A stretch of 64,000 nucleotides of DNA, from NCBI RefSeq assembly GCF_035084215.1, contig NC_090339.1, forward strand, positions 29,822,001 to 29,886,000, given 5' to 3'. Both the position numbers and the translations under genes were made by a program. The DNA is from Heptranchias perlo (lineage: Eukaryota). Positions 50,155 to 62,600 of the stretch are shown here, in pieces. The notes beneath the pieces are model-generated. The model saw only the letters and a list, made by a program, of their open reading frames with translations. It ran no database searches and was not told the DNA's origin. How positions within the stretch are numbered: the stretch's first letter is position 1; each line of letters opens with the position of its first letter.

Positions 50155-50475
50155 TAGAATTACATAGAATTTTACAGGACAGGAACAGGCCATTCGGCCC
50201 AACAGGTCTATGCCAGTGTTTATGCTCCACAGGAGCCTCCTCCAACTTTATTTCAATTCATGTTACCGACATATCCTTCTGTTCCTTTCTCCCTCATGTA
50301 CTTATCTAGTTTCCCTTTAAATGCATCGATGCTAATCGCCCCAACCACTCCATGTGGTAGTGAGCTAAACATTCTCACCAGTCTCTGAATAAAGAAGATT
50401 CTCCTGAATTCCTTATTGGATTTATTAGTGACTATCTAATATATATGGCTCCTAGTTTTGGACTCCCCCATAGAA
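50155..50475 (-). mobile_element. CR1 3' end fragment
   Basis: MGESKTRSH motif and CR1-like 3' UTR (ggccgaatggcctgttcctgtcctgt on the minus strand). Confidence 0.8.
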
Positions 50476-53400
50476 ACATCAGGGGTTAAATTGGATAAGG
50501 CCACAAACTGTGATCCGCGACTAACTCGCGCCCGGTGCTTGTTGCACAGGCAGAACATGAACTTCCTGCTGCCTGCTAATTTGAATGATTCCTCCGTGCA
50601 GCTTCTCAGCTGCGCCCGTAGCACTGGCTGCAGGGAGGAACCAGGAAGCCCAAAATGTGGCGTGGCCAGCGCTCGTCACTGGTGGCCTGCACCTCTTAAA
50701 GGTGCAGGTGCACATTTTAAAGGGCAAGGACACAGTCTACTGGGAGGAGGGAAAGATGGCAGGAAGGATCAAGGGACCCGATACGAGAGCACGCCCCGCG
50801 CTTCTCAGGTGATGCATTGGAGGCCCCGGTGGAGTGGGTGGACGAAAGAAGGGCCAACCTGTACCCGCAGGGTGGCAGGAGACCCTCCAGACACCAGCTT
50901 CACAGGCAGTCGGAGGCTGTGGCCCAGGAAGTCAACGCCAGGAGCATAGCACCATGCGCATGGCTGCAGTGCCAAAAGAAGTTCAATGATTTGACACGAG
51001 TGGTCAATGTGAGTGAATGCAAGTGTCAAGTGGCACATCTTACCAACTGCAGCACTTCTCCACGCATGACACCCCCCCGTCACCCACTCACCAATAAACA
51101 CTGCCCATCCATATGCAATGCTGCATCTCACCCTCACATAGTACCACACTTGCGACCACTACTGACGGGTGACACACACCGGCAGCTCTTCAACCATGAC
51201 AGGCATATCACCCAGGATACTCACTGACACACTTCCCTCTGTCTTGCAGGAGAAGGTGATGCATAACAGCCAGCAGCAGGAGAGACCTGAGGGAGGACGG
51301 GCCACGCCTACATGTCCTCACCCCCATGAAGGAGACCATGCTTCAGATCATTGGGCGGACCGTCGCTGCAGCCGTGACCACATATCGTGCTGGAGGTCTC
51401 GATGAAAGGAGAGTCTCTGCATATCTAATGCTTCTTCTCATTTCCTTCATCTCTCTCCTCCCACAATCTTTTCTGACTCATGTGGTCCACAAGCTGTCAG
51501 TACGCACATCTTACTTGCTCCTCTCCCCACTCCACAACTCAACCTATTTCCTTTTGTCATTGCAGATACCCAAGAACCGTCTGAGGAAGAGGAGGATGAC
51601 TACGTTGATCTAACACTCGCATCCACCAGCTCAGAGACTGACACAGTGCGTCCTTTAGAGGCTGGGTTAGAGGGGGGATCTGCAAGTGATGAGACACCAG
51701 GCACGAGTGCGCAGGAGCCAGGGCGGGGTGGGGAGGGGGGGGTCGGATACCACAGGTGCCAGTTCACTGGAGGGCGAGGTCGCTCACAAGCTCTGCTGCA
51801 GAAGGGTCAGGTGAGGACTTCGATGGGCCAGGCTACAGAAGAAGGCAGATGGGCGTACACCACTAAATGCTTGGTGCACTGGAAAGCCTGTCAGAAAGCC
51901 TGCGCACAATGACAAGGGAATGGAGGAGTCCAGCTCGAACTTGGCAAAGGGTTTTGCACAGAGCTTGGAGCCCATCCTTTCTCACATGGAACGGGCGGTC
52001 ACCGTCATCAGTACACCTATGGAACACACTATGATGCAGTGCCTGATGGCTGATGTCGCGCCTTCCACTGCAACACAAACAGCTGCCATTGCAGCATAAG
52101 GTGATGTGATGAAAGGTCTGAAAGCTACGGTTGAAGCTCAGACTTCTGCAATGGAAGCACAGGCTGCGACTATCATGGCTCCGGGTACCACTGTGGAACG
52201 GGGTTCCCAGGGCGTCACAGCACTCCAACAATCCGTTCTCCAGCTGATCACCAGGATTGCTGAGGCATCGCCCCGGACGACTGCGTTCCTGCTCCTACCC
52301 CTGCCGCTCCACCAGTGCCCTTGCTGTTGCCTATTAGCCAGCCGGGCCAGACTGCTGCAGCCAATGCCGAGATGGTGCAGTCCGAAGCCAGGACCTCCCG
52401 GCCCAGAGCTGCTCGAGGTCATCCTCCAAGGCCATCTCTATGCTCCTCAATTGAAGGCCAAAAGCCTTCAAACACCTATGCTACAGCCAGTTGGGATGCA
52501 CCTCATTAGGAGCACTAGGATAGAGAAAGACACACGAACAACAGGCACTAAGGGAATGCACAAGGGTGAATAGTCTCCTTTTGTTTGCATTATTTAATTT
52601 GTTAATTGATAAATGTGACTTTGAATTTGCATTTGGTGGTGGTTTTTATTTCAGCGATGAGCTGAGGGAGAAAGCAATGTGTAATCAGATGGAGGCAATT
52701 TGATGGTCATGTGGGAGCGGACAGGTGGGGAGCGTAGGACCGTTGGTGACTTGGGAGATGTCGTTCACATTATTGATGCCGTGCATGGATCAGGCGAGCA
52801 CAGAGAGCCTTGCAGACAGGGCGTGCGTTCCTTGTTGCCCCCTTGCATCTTCCTCCACTTACTCCTCCAGGTCCTCCCCCGCCTCCTCCTTAGCCTCTTC
52901 CTCTGACTCAGGGTCTTGCCGAATTATTAGTGGCAAGGCTGATCCCTCATAATGGCGAGATTGTGCAGCATGCAGCATAGCACCACAAATCTTCCCATTT
53001 GCTCAGCGAAGTAGTGCAGGGCTCCTCCAGAATGGTCCAGGCAGCAGAAGCGTTGCTTTAGGGGGCCTATGGTGTGCTCCACGATGTTGTGTGTGGCAGC
53101 ATGGCTCTCATTGTGGGCCTGCTTTGCACGCAGGCGTGCATGTTGCACTGGAGTCATGAGCCACCGCATGAGGGGATAGCCCTTGTCACCCAGTAGCCAG
53201 CCTTTGATATGCCGAGCCAGTGAAAGATAGCTGGCACGTTGGATCGTCGCATAACGAAGGCATCGTAACTGCTCCCAGGGTAGCAGGGATCAACCTCCAT
53301 GATTCGATACATGTGGTCGCACACCAGCTGCATGTTCAGGGAGTGTAACGCCTTTAAGTTCATGAAGATGGCCGAGTTGATAAGTGGAGCACGCAAGGCA

Positions 53401-54234
53401 ACATGCGTGCAGTCAATGGCACCCTTAACCATGGGGAAGCCTGCAATGCGAGCAAACCCTCGTGCTCCCTCGTTCAGCTTGTCTCTATCAAGAGGGTAAC
53501 GTGATGAGCCTGTTCCACATATCGTATAGTGCGTCATTGACCTCCTTTATGCAGCAGTGCACTGCAAACTGCGAGATGTTGCACAGATCGCAAGCAGAGG
53601 CCTGAAAGGATCCAGAGCCGTAGAAGTTCAGTGCTGCGATTACCTTCACAGCGACAGGCAATGCTGTCCTTGCCCTGCTCTGAGGCTGTAGTTGTGGCCG
53701 CAGCAGTTGACAGGTCTCCATCACGACCTCCTTGGTGAACCTCAGCCGTCGGATGCACTGATCCTCACTCATGTTGAGGTAAAATAATTGGTCCCTGAAG
53801 GTCCTAATGGGGATATGGCCTCCTGCTCAATGCCCTGCGCCTCCTCCCTCTCCTCGCAGCTTGACCTGCTCTGCGTGGCCTCTCTGCATGTTCCCTGTCA
53901 TGTTCAATGCCCAGTGGAGGCCCCATCCAGTGACATAACCATGATGCTACCCTGCAATCGCATGGTTACCAAGAATCTTGTTTAATTACTGTTGTAACTT
54001 TTCCAACCTTAAGGCAGTACCTGCCAAACCACTCTCAAATGGAATTCTCAGTAAGTATAGGGAGCTTCAAAAAACACTTCCTGTTCGACCAGAAGCAATA
54101 ATCCAGCAACTAACCTGTAACACCTGCATGATCCCTTTAAATAGCGCTGGGGGGGTTGTCCAGGCACTCTAAGACATGTTCAGGTGTGTGTGGTTAAGGC
54201 AGTGCATTGAGTGGAGTGTTAAGTTCCAAATTGG

Positions 54235-54839
54235 CACTATTTAAGGGGACTGCTCCTCAAGTTCTGGCTGTACTTCAGTCCCCGCTCCTGATCTTTGGCC
54301 ACCCGGTCAGGCAGTCAGGCCCTTTCCAAGGTGGCTATCCACGGGTCCAGGTTAGACGCAGCCCGTGGGGGCGGTCGCTCCAACCGTTTGCCTCTATTCT
54401 GCGGCATTCTCTGCGCCCGGGTGGCCCTGGAGAGGGAACACGTGGTGTCTGCCGGTACGCTTGAGGCTTTCCGTGACTGGGGGCACCGCAGGGGCTGGAG
54501 TGCATCCTGGATCCTCACAATAAAATTATTATTTGACACATATTTTGTTTTTTTGGATTTACTGCACATAAAACACACCCTATCAACCCCCTCAAAAAAA
54601 GTCAACCTGGCTGCACTTCCATCCCATATTCCTGAGCTGAGCGATGAAAAAAAAAGCTGTTTTTGATACAAAGAAAACCCCTCACTTCACAATCCCCTGT
54701 GATACCAAACAACTCAACTATCACTTTACTGCCCAACTAGCACCTTTTATACACAACCTTCAGTCACTTGACACCAATTGGACCAGATGAGGCTAAATGA
54801 CAGAACGAAACGAACCTCACAAAAGATTAAAAAAAAGAA
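54235..54839 (+). mobile_element. Tx1/L1-like LINE 3' fragment inserted in Harbinger
   Basis: KVAIHGSR...LPLFCG..ARVALEREHVVSAGTLEAFRDW resembles the Tx1-type ORF2 C-terminus; A-rich tail; flanked by an imperfect duplication aagttccaaattgg / aagtcccaaaatgg. Confidence 0.6.
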
Positions 54840-54973
54840 AAGTCCCAAAATGGTGTCTATCACTTTAAATCAGCATTGCACACTGATTGTACACATTTTC
54901 TCCCTACTTTAAATGATGCCTGTTGTAAACAATTTTACAACACCAAGTTATAGTCCAGCAATTTTATTTTAAA

Positions 54974-55012
54974 TTCAAAAGCTTTCAGAGGCTTCCTCCT
55001 TCCTCAGGTGAA
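54974..55012 (-). ncRNA. Second, mutated hammerhead copy in the left Penelope arm
   Basis: Reverse complement of the 57190-57228 motif with two substitutions (cctcT in stem II, Ttgaa in stem I). Confidence 0.65.
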
Positions 55013-57189
55013 CGTTGTTGGAAATGAAATCCTCGAAATGAAATCGCATTTATAAATCACAGAACAATGCTTGGTGATTACAGACAGTTTTTTCAACTGC
55101 CCGTTGCCAAGGCAATCAGTGTGCAGACAGACAGGTGTTACCTACAAGGTCTCCGAATATACAAATCACCAAAAAAAACAACAAACAAAAAAAAACAGAG
55201 ATAGAGAGGTAGAAACATAGAAAAGACAGCAACTGACCCGTTATATTAAAAACAGATAACATTTGTTCGCTGGTGGGGTAACGTGTAGCGTGACATGAAC
55301 CCAAGATCCCGGTTGAGGCCGTCCTCGTGGGTGCGGAACTTGGCTATCAATTTCTGCTCAACGATTTTGCGTTGTCGTGTGTCTCGAAGGCCGCCTTGGA
55401 GAACGCTGACCCAAAGGTCGGTGGATGAATGTCCATGACTGCTGAAGTGTTCCCCGACTGGGAGGGAACCCTCCTGTTTGGTGATTGTTGTCCGTTCATC
55501 CGTTGTCGCAGCGTCTGCATGGTCTCGCCAATGTACCATGCTCTGGGGCATCCTTTCCTGCAACGTATGAGGTAGACAACGTTGGCCGAGTCACAGGAGT
55601 ATGAACCATGCACCTGGTGGGTGGTGTCCTCTCGTGTGATGGTGGTATCTGTGTCGATGATCTGGCATGTCTTGCAGAGGTTATCGTGGCAGGGTTGTGT
55701 GGTGTCGTGGACGCTGTTCTCTTGAAAGCTAGGTAATTTGCTGCGAACGATGGTCTGTTTGAGGTTGGGTGGCTGTTTAAAGGCGAGTAGTGGAGGTGTG
55801 GGGATAGCAATAGCGAGGTATTCGTCGTCATTGATGACATGTTGAAGGCTGCGGAGAACATGGCGTAGTTTCTCCGCTCCGGGGAAGTACTGGACGACGA
55901 AGGGTACTCTGTTGGTTGCGTCCCGTGTTTGTCTTCTGAGGAGGTCTATGCGATTTTTCGCTGTGGCCCGTCGGAACTGTCGATCGATGAGTCGAGCGTC
56001 ATATCCCGTTCTTACTAGGGCGTCTTTCAGCATCTGTAGGTGTCCATCGCGTTCCTCCTCGTCTGAGCAGACCCTGTGTATTCGCAGGGCCTGTCCATAG
56101 GGGATGGCCTCTTTGACGTGGTTAGGGTGGAAGCTGGAAAAGTGGAGCATCGTGAGGTTGTCCGTGGGCTTGCGGTAGAGTGAGGTGCTGAGGTGCCCGT
56201 CTTTGATGGAGATTCGTGTGTCCAAGAAAGAAACTGATTCTGAGGAGTAGTCCATGGTGAGCTTGATGGTGGGACGCAACCAACAGAGTACCCTTTGTCG
56301 TCCAGTACTTCCCCGGAGCGGAGAAACTACGCCATGTTCTCCGCAGCCTTCAACATGTCATCAATGATGACAAACACCTCGCTATGGCCATCCCCACACC
56401 TCCACTACTCGCCTTTAAACAGCCACCCAACCTCAAACAGACCATCGTTCGCAGCAAATTACCCAGCTTTCAAGAGAACAGCGTCCACGACACCACACAA
56501 CCCTGCCACGATAACCTCTGCAAGACATGCCAGATCATCGACACAGATACCACCATCACACGAGAGGACACCACCCACCAGGTGCATGGTTCATACTCCT
56601 GTGACTCGGCCAACGTTGTCTACCTCATACGTTGCAGGAAAGGATGCCCCAGAGCATGGTACATTGGCGAGACCATGCAGACGCTGCGACAACGGATGAA
56701 CGGACACCGCGCAACACTCACCAAACAGGAGGGTTCCCTCCCAGTCGGGGAACACTTCAGCAGTCAAGGACATTCAGCCACCGATCTTCGGGTAAGCGTA
56801 CTCCAAGGCGGCCTTCGAGACACACGACAACGCAAAATCGTCGAGCAGAAATTGATAGCCAAGTTCCGCACCCATGAGGACGGCCTCAACCGGGATCTTG
56901 GGTTCATGTCACGCTACACGTTACCCCACCAGCGAACAAATGTTATCTGTTTTTAATATAACGGGTCAGTTGCTGTCTTTTCTATGTTTCTACCTCTCTA
57001 TCTCTGTTTTTTTTTGTTTGTTGTTTTTTTTGGTGATTTGTATATTCGGAGACCTTGTAGGTAACACCTGTCTGTCTGCACACTGATTGCCTTGGCAACG
57101 GGCAGTTGAAAAAACTGTCTGTAATCATCAAGCATTGTTCTGTGATTTATAAATGCGATTTCATTTCGAGGATTTCATTTCCAACAACG

Positions 57190-57228
57190 TTCACCTGAGG
57201 AAGGAGGAAGCCTCCGAAAGCTTGTGAA
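57190..57228 (+). ncRNA. Minimal type-I hammerhead ribozyme in Penelope terminal repeat
   Basis: ttcac-CTGAGGA-a-ggagg-aag-cctcc-GAAA-gctt-gtgaa: stem I ttcac/gtgaa, CUGANGA core, stem II ggagg/cctcc, GAAA, palindromic AAGCTT stem III. Confidence 0.82.
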
Positions 57229-57729
57229 TTTAAAATAAAATTGCTGGACTATAACTTGGTGTTGTAAAATTGTTTACAATTGTCAACCCCAGTCCATCAC
57301 CGGCATCTCCACATCATAAATGATGCCGGCATTGGCTTTCTGCACATGTACTAATACCGATACCAAGCTGGCATCATTGATGTGGGTTGAGAGTCACATA
57401 TAGGCCAGACCAGGTAAGGACAGCAGGTTTTCTTTCCTAAAGGACATTAATGAACCAGACAGGTTTTTATAACAATCCAGTAGTTTCATGGTTACCATTA
57501 ATCATACTAGCTTTTTAGTCCGGATTTTTAATTAATTAACTGAATTTAAATTCCCTAGCTGCCATAGCAGGATTTGAACTCATAGTCTCCAGATTATTTG
57601 TCCAGGCCTCTACGAAAATGCTACCCTACAATTTCATGTAATCTCATTACCTGCAGCAAATTAGAGTGATTTCGCTCGAAAGAATGAAACAAACAAAGAA
57701 ACACAGATAGATTCCCCTCCTCCTCGAAG

Positions 57730-57935
57730 AACAGTGTCATGGGATATTTTAGGCCATACTGAAAGGGCATTGGTTTAATGCATCATCCAAAAGACATCAC
57801 CTCTGACAGTACAGCACTCCCTCAGTACTACACTGAAGTTTCAACCTAGATTATGATCTGCAATATCTGGAGTGGGACTTGAACCCATGACCTCCTGATT
57901 CAGAGGCCAGAGTACTACCATTGAGGCAAGGCTAG
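57730..57935 (-). mobile_element. tRNA-derived Deu-domain-type SINE
   Basis: The minus strand shows an A/B-box-like head (ggtagtactctggcctctgaatcaggagg...ggttcaagtcccactccag) and the core gtactgagggagtgctgtactgtcagaggtg. Confidence 0.75.
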
Positions 57936-58125
57936 CACCAAGCCATGGATTAGGAAATTATAAAAATTCAAAAGTCACCAAAAATAGGAAAAATTGACTT
58001 CATTTCATTTGTGCCAGATTACCTGGCATTATGGGGCAAACGCTGAATTCGTTTTTTTAGATTTCTTCTGGATTTCCCTTCATTCTATTTAAAGTACCAT
58101 GTGCTCTCAGACCTAGTTCTGTACA

Positions 58126-58218
58126 TCGTTCACCTGACGAAGGAGGAAGCCTCCGAAAGCTTGTGAATTTAAAATAAAATTGCTGGACTATAACTTGGTG
58201 TTGTAAAATTGTTTACAA
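58126..58218 (+). mobile_element. 93-bp solo Penelope terminus carrying an intact hammerhead (58129-58167), 12-bp TSD
   Basis: Nearly identical to 57188-57279 (core CTGACGA). Flanked by tagttctgtaca at 58114-58125 and 58219-58230. Confidence 0.9.
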
Positions 58219-58516
58219 TAGTTCTGTACAGGTATTGCTATTGAAACAAAAGGGTTTCTGAAGGAGCGAGGATTGTTCTGTAAACTGATAGTTGACGAAA
58301 CAAGGTGTGTGAAAGTGCAATCAAAGTTGGTAACTGGAAAGTTTTTATTGATCTTTAGCCTGGAGTTTGGGGAAGGAATGGGAGCCGCCCGCCTCAGTAC
58401 TTTGCACTGCCGCGAGATACAGGGACTAACCCGGCTCTGATATTGGAGGAAATCCGGTCACATTCAGTTTCGATTCAGGAAGTAGCCCCGAGCTCCAGCA
58501 ATTTAACTTAGGGGAA

Positions 58517-58576
58517 ATGGCGCTTTTAAAGAGTTTGCTTTCCACAGGATTCCGTTGTCACGGTGTCTACCGTCAG
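58517..58576 (+). CDS. Probable first coding exon of a third gene (MALLKSLLSTGFRCHGVYRQ, mitochondrial-presequence-like)
   Basis: Kozak context gaaATGG, 20 codons, strong donor CAG|gtaaat, within a CpG-enriched non-repeat stretch (about 58380-58730). No downstream exon recognised in the window. Confidence 0.5.
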
Positions 58577-58999
58577 GTAAATTTATCTCAATTTAATATA
58601 AAAAATATTGAGCATAAAGAAATCCGACCCTGGCCCGAGCGGTTTTACTGAGCTCTTCACACCTGTACATCAGAGCACGGCCCCGCCGGCTCCGGGACAA
58701 CACAATCCTCGGTCCCGATCCCGGGTTTGAGGCCACTCTGTTGTGAGTGTAATCCTAATCCCGGGTATGAAGTCACCATTGACAATGCAAATCCAGGATT
58801 GGGGCCACTCTATTTGCAGTGGAATCCACTCCTGGGTTTGGAGTCACGTTTTACCAATAGAGCCATAGGGGAGTTTGTTGAATAAAGAAAGAAGTCAGAA
58901 TCTTGGGCTATGGGAAAGGAGTGAGGAAGGGGCACTGGGAGTGGCCTGTGCTACTCGGAGAGAGTGGAAGAGAACAAGAGAACAGCCTGGATTCTCCTC

Positions 59000-61900
59000 T
59001 GGTTAGCGGGTTTGTGATGGGGTGGTCCTAATGGCTGTCAATGTGAAACCACCACGAAATGGTCGCTATTTCCACCCAGAACCTTCATTGGCCATGCAGG
59101 GCCGTTTGGAGATCAAGAACTGCATTCGTTGGTTTAACAAGGGAGGGAGGAAAATAGATGGTCTTCTCTCCCTCCATTGGAAAAACTGGCTTACAACCAG
59201 TGCCAGAGAGGACCACCACAATGGAAGATCTGAAGTCTACAGGAAAAGGAATTTGTCTAACCTCTGGGCAGACAGACAAGAGAGCCTGTGGAGAGGGTGA
59301 GGTTGGAGGTGAACTGGCAGCTGAAGGTTGAAGAAGGCAGGGCAAAGCTCATTAATATTCCTCTCAGCTTCATGTGCCTTCTAAAAGAATTGCTATGCCC
59401 TCACACTCAGCAACAAGTTCTGTCAGTGCAGCTAAACAAGCTTCTTTGACTTTCACTTCACAGGGGTGCCTTGCAGAAAGAGGCTAGCCACTCTGACCAC
59501 ACTTTCTGTGAAACAGCCACCAACACTCTCAGATCAGCAATTCCAGTCACTTAATCACCAACCACATCATGGCATCTTACCCGTGAAAGCACCAGCACAG
59601 AGACACTCACAAGGGATTACTTAGTGAGTCAGAAGGTTGATGCTGGATGAAGCCCTGCGCACTGGAGAGAATGATGACTGCACTTGGCTGAGGAGCTGGG
59701 GGACTCAAGTTCCAAGGGCCCAGTCTTCAAAAGATTAATGATAAGGGAGCTTATATCTCATGTGGAGGCAGTGCAGATGGTTTCCATGCATATGGTTAAG
59801 AAGATGGATCAGTGGGAGGAATCCACTACCTGCATCTGCAATTTATTGCAGAAAGTATTTCATGACCTGCAGAACACTGGAAACTGACAGCACAGAAGAT
59901 TGCTGCAGCATCAAGACTCCAGGAAGAGATTCTGAAAATATTGTTGGCTCCTGGAGTGGCAGCCACCACTGCTTCTATAGGTGCCTTTAACAGGACAATG
60001 TCGCAGGGCTTGGAAGAGCTGATTGGGACTATTTGACCTGTGATGATACTGACCAGTAGGACCTCCTGAGTCTTCTGCCCCGCATCAGTGGGCTACAAGG
60101 TGTGGGCGCAGATGTTGCTGTCTCTCTGGACAGTGGCAGTTAGCCTGCTTCCTTAAGGCCCCCTCTAATACCTTCACATAAGGGAACTCCAGACACGAGG
60201 CCGGCATCCCTTGCCATTCCAAGAGAAAAGCTGCCGGAAGCTGGTCGCCTCTTGGATAGCAACTACCCTGAGACGATAGTCATCTCATGCGTTTAAGGCT
60301 GCAGGGGGAACTTGAGCACATAGAATTGTGAGTTCATTTCTATGTATGGTTTCAACTTTTGGGAGTTGGCTGATGACAAGGGAAATACAGATTGCTGTCT
60401 TAGGAAGGATGTTGGCAGAAGTTTTGGAAAGTAAGTGATTTTGTGAGGGTGTTGCGGGACGACAAGCAGGTGTGAAGTGACTTTATTTTGGTGAGTCAAC
60501 CTTTATTTTTTCAAAGCACTGGACTATCAGTTATGCTGGCCTTGCTCTGGCAGCTGGCTGTCGGCTCTCCAGTTCCACTTCTTTTTCGTCCTGTGCAGCC
60601 TTCTCGTGCTGTGGGGTGGCAGGTGCGTCCTCCCTCTCATCATTACATTCACGTTTTGGAAGCAGCAAGCTTTTTTTCTTTGCAATATTATGAAGCGCAC
60701 AATATACTACAATGAATCTGGAGGCCCTGGCCGGGCTGTACTTCTGTGCTGTATCAGATTTATCCAGGCACCTAAAACAAGACCACAGAATGCCTTTAGT
60801 TAGCTCTGTGACACTTTTGGTTGCATGGGCCTTATATTTCTTCTCCCTATCTGTTTGAGGAAGCCTCAATGGAATCATCAGCCATGAGTGGGTAGACTAG
60901 CTGAGGTCGCCGATTAACCATCCTGATACATGGTCTTGACATCATAGAAACATATGAAAATGAAGGATAGAAAAAGACCAACTGATCCAGCAAGCTTGTT
61001 CTATATTGTCATCATACAACTTCTGCACACCTTGACTCCCATCCACCCATCAGGGCTAGAATGGTGGATTGTCACATGTCATGGCAGCTCCCTGGGTATC
61101 TGTCTTTCACGTATAGGATCAGGTAGTTAGCATCACACACTAGTTTCACATTAATGGAATGGAAGCTATTTCTGCTCATAAAATCGAGGGGATGGGGTTC
61201 ATACGGGGCTTTGAGTGGCACATGACTTCCATCAATTGCAACCTGGGAAGCCAGCCAGCCTATATGACTGGATAGCTCTCTCTTTGCTTCTCTGGTTCCA
61301 GTCGGGAGGAAATGAATTGTGCAGTTCAGCACATTGCTCAGACATTGCTGCAGGAGTTCCTCAGGGCAGTGTCCTAGGCCCAACCATCTTCAGCTGCTTC
61401 AGCAATGATCTTCCCTCCATCATAAGGTCAGAAATGGGGATGTTCGCTGATGTTTGAAGTGTTCAGTTCCATTCGCAACCCATTAGATAATGAAGCAGTC
61501 CGAGCCCGCGTGCACCAAGACCTGGACAACATCCAGGCTTGGGCTGATAAGTGGTAAGTAACATTTGCGCCAGACAAGTGCCAGGCAGTGACCATCCCCA
61601 ACAAGAGAGAGTGTAACCATCTCCCCTTGACATTCAACGGCATTACTATCACCGAATCCCCCACCATCAACATCTTGGGGGTCACCATTGACCAGAAACT
61701 TAACTGGGCCAGCCACATAAATACTGTGGCTATAAGAGCAGGTCAGAGGCTGGGTATTCTGCGGTGGGTGACTCACCTCCTGACTCCCCAAAGCCTTTCC
61801 ACCATCCACAAGGTACATGTCAGGAGTGTGATGGAATACTCTCCACTTGCCTGGTTAAGTGCAGCTCCAAGAACACTCAAGAAGCTCAACACCATCCAGG

Positions 61901-62600
61901 ACAAAGCAGCCCGCTTGATTGGCAGCCCGTCCACTGCCCTAAACATTCACTCCCTTCACCACCGGTGCACTGTGGCTGCATTGTGTACCATCCACAGGAT
62001 GCACTGCAGCAACTCGCCAAGGCTTCTTCCACACCACCTCCCAAATCCGCGACCTCTACCACCTAGAAGGACAAGGGCAGCAGGCACTTGAGAACGCCAC
62101 CTGCACATTCCCCACCATGTCACACACCACCCCGACTTGGAAATATATCGCCGTTCCTTCATTGTTGCTGGGTCAAAATCCTGGAACTCCCTACCTAACA
62201 GCACTGTGGGAGAACCTTCACCACACGGACTGCAGCTGTTCAAGAAGGCGGCTCACCACCACCTTCTCAAGGGCAATTAGGGATGGGCAATGAATGCTGG
62301 CCTTGCCAGCGACGCCCACATCCCATGAATAAAAAAAAAGCTGTTGTGAAGAGAGTATCAGTGACATTCTTGATGCAGCAATGAGTTTCTGACTGGCTAA
62401 TGTGGCACAGATCACCTCATGTTGCTTGGAAGGATCCAGATGCCAAGAAGTTTAAGGCAGCAGTGAGCTGTGTAGACAATGCTGTTTTATGATGCCTGAC
62501 ACTCAAGAGGCTCTGTTTTTTGACTTCTTGCATGCCTTCATCCTCCTCTTCACAACACAAAAATAAAGATATTCCCTTACGAAATCCATGTCCAGAGTGC
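59000..62600. mobile_element. Older PIF/Harbinger element (transposase on the minus strand) interrupted by a family-B LINE
   Basis: AIDGSHVPLK, FHSINVKLVCD and YPGSCHD (61072..61383); FRCLD..YSP..VYCALHNIA (60531..60878); N-terminal remnant continues after 62340. Confidence 0.75.
61341..62339 (+). mobile_element. 5'-truncated family-B LINE
   Basis: [14 protein letters not shown] through to the 3' tail and poly-A; highly similar to 46539-47470. Confidence 0.93.

Larger units (their letters stand above)
54921..57316. mobile_element. Penelope-like retroelement (RT C-terminus plus GIY-YIG endonuclease) with ~1-kb inverted duplication and 11-bp TSD
   Basis: ORF 55347..56279 (SFLD, TSLYRKPT, NVVYLIRC, YIGET) and ORF 56384..56956 (YIGET, RMNGHR, GLNRD). 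TSD taaatgatgcc at 54910-54920 and 57317-57327. Confidence 0.95.
50482..57375. mobile_element. PIF/Harbinger DNA transposon (Myb/SANT gene +, DDE transposase -), decayed, with nested insertions
   Basis: Left TIR ggggttaaattgg. Spliced Myb-like gene at about 50757-52573 (WLQCQKKFNDL). Convergent HARBI1-like transposase at about 52700-53950 (GAIDCTHVAL, HSLNMQLVCD, YPGSSYDAFV, VEHTIGPLKQRFCCLD, CCMLHN). Confidence 0.9.

Noticed and set aside
52700-53950. Domesticated HARBI1 gene
   Set aside because: Multiple frameshifts, a TIR and a partner Myb gene show it is a decayed transposon.
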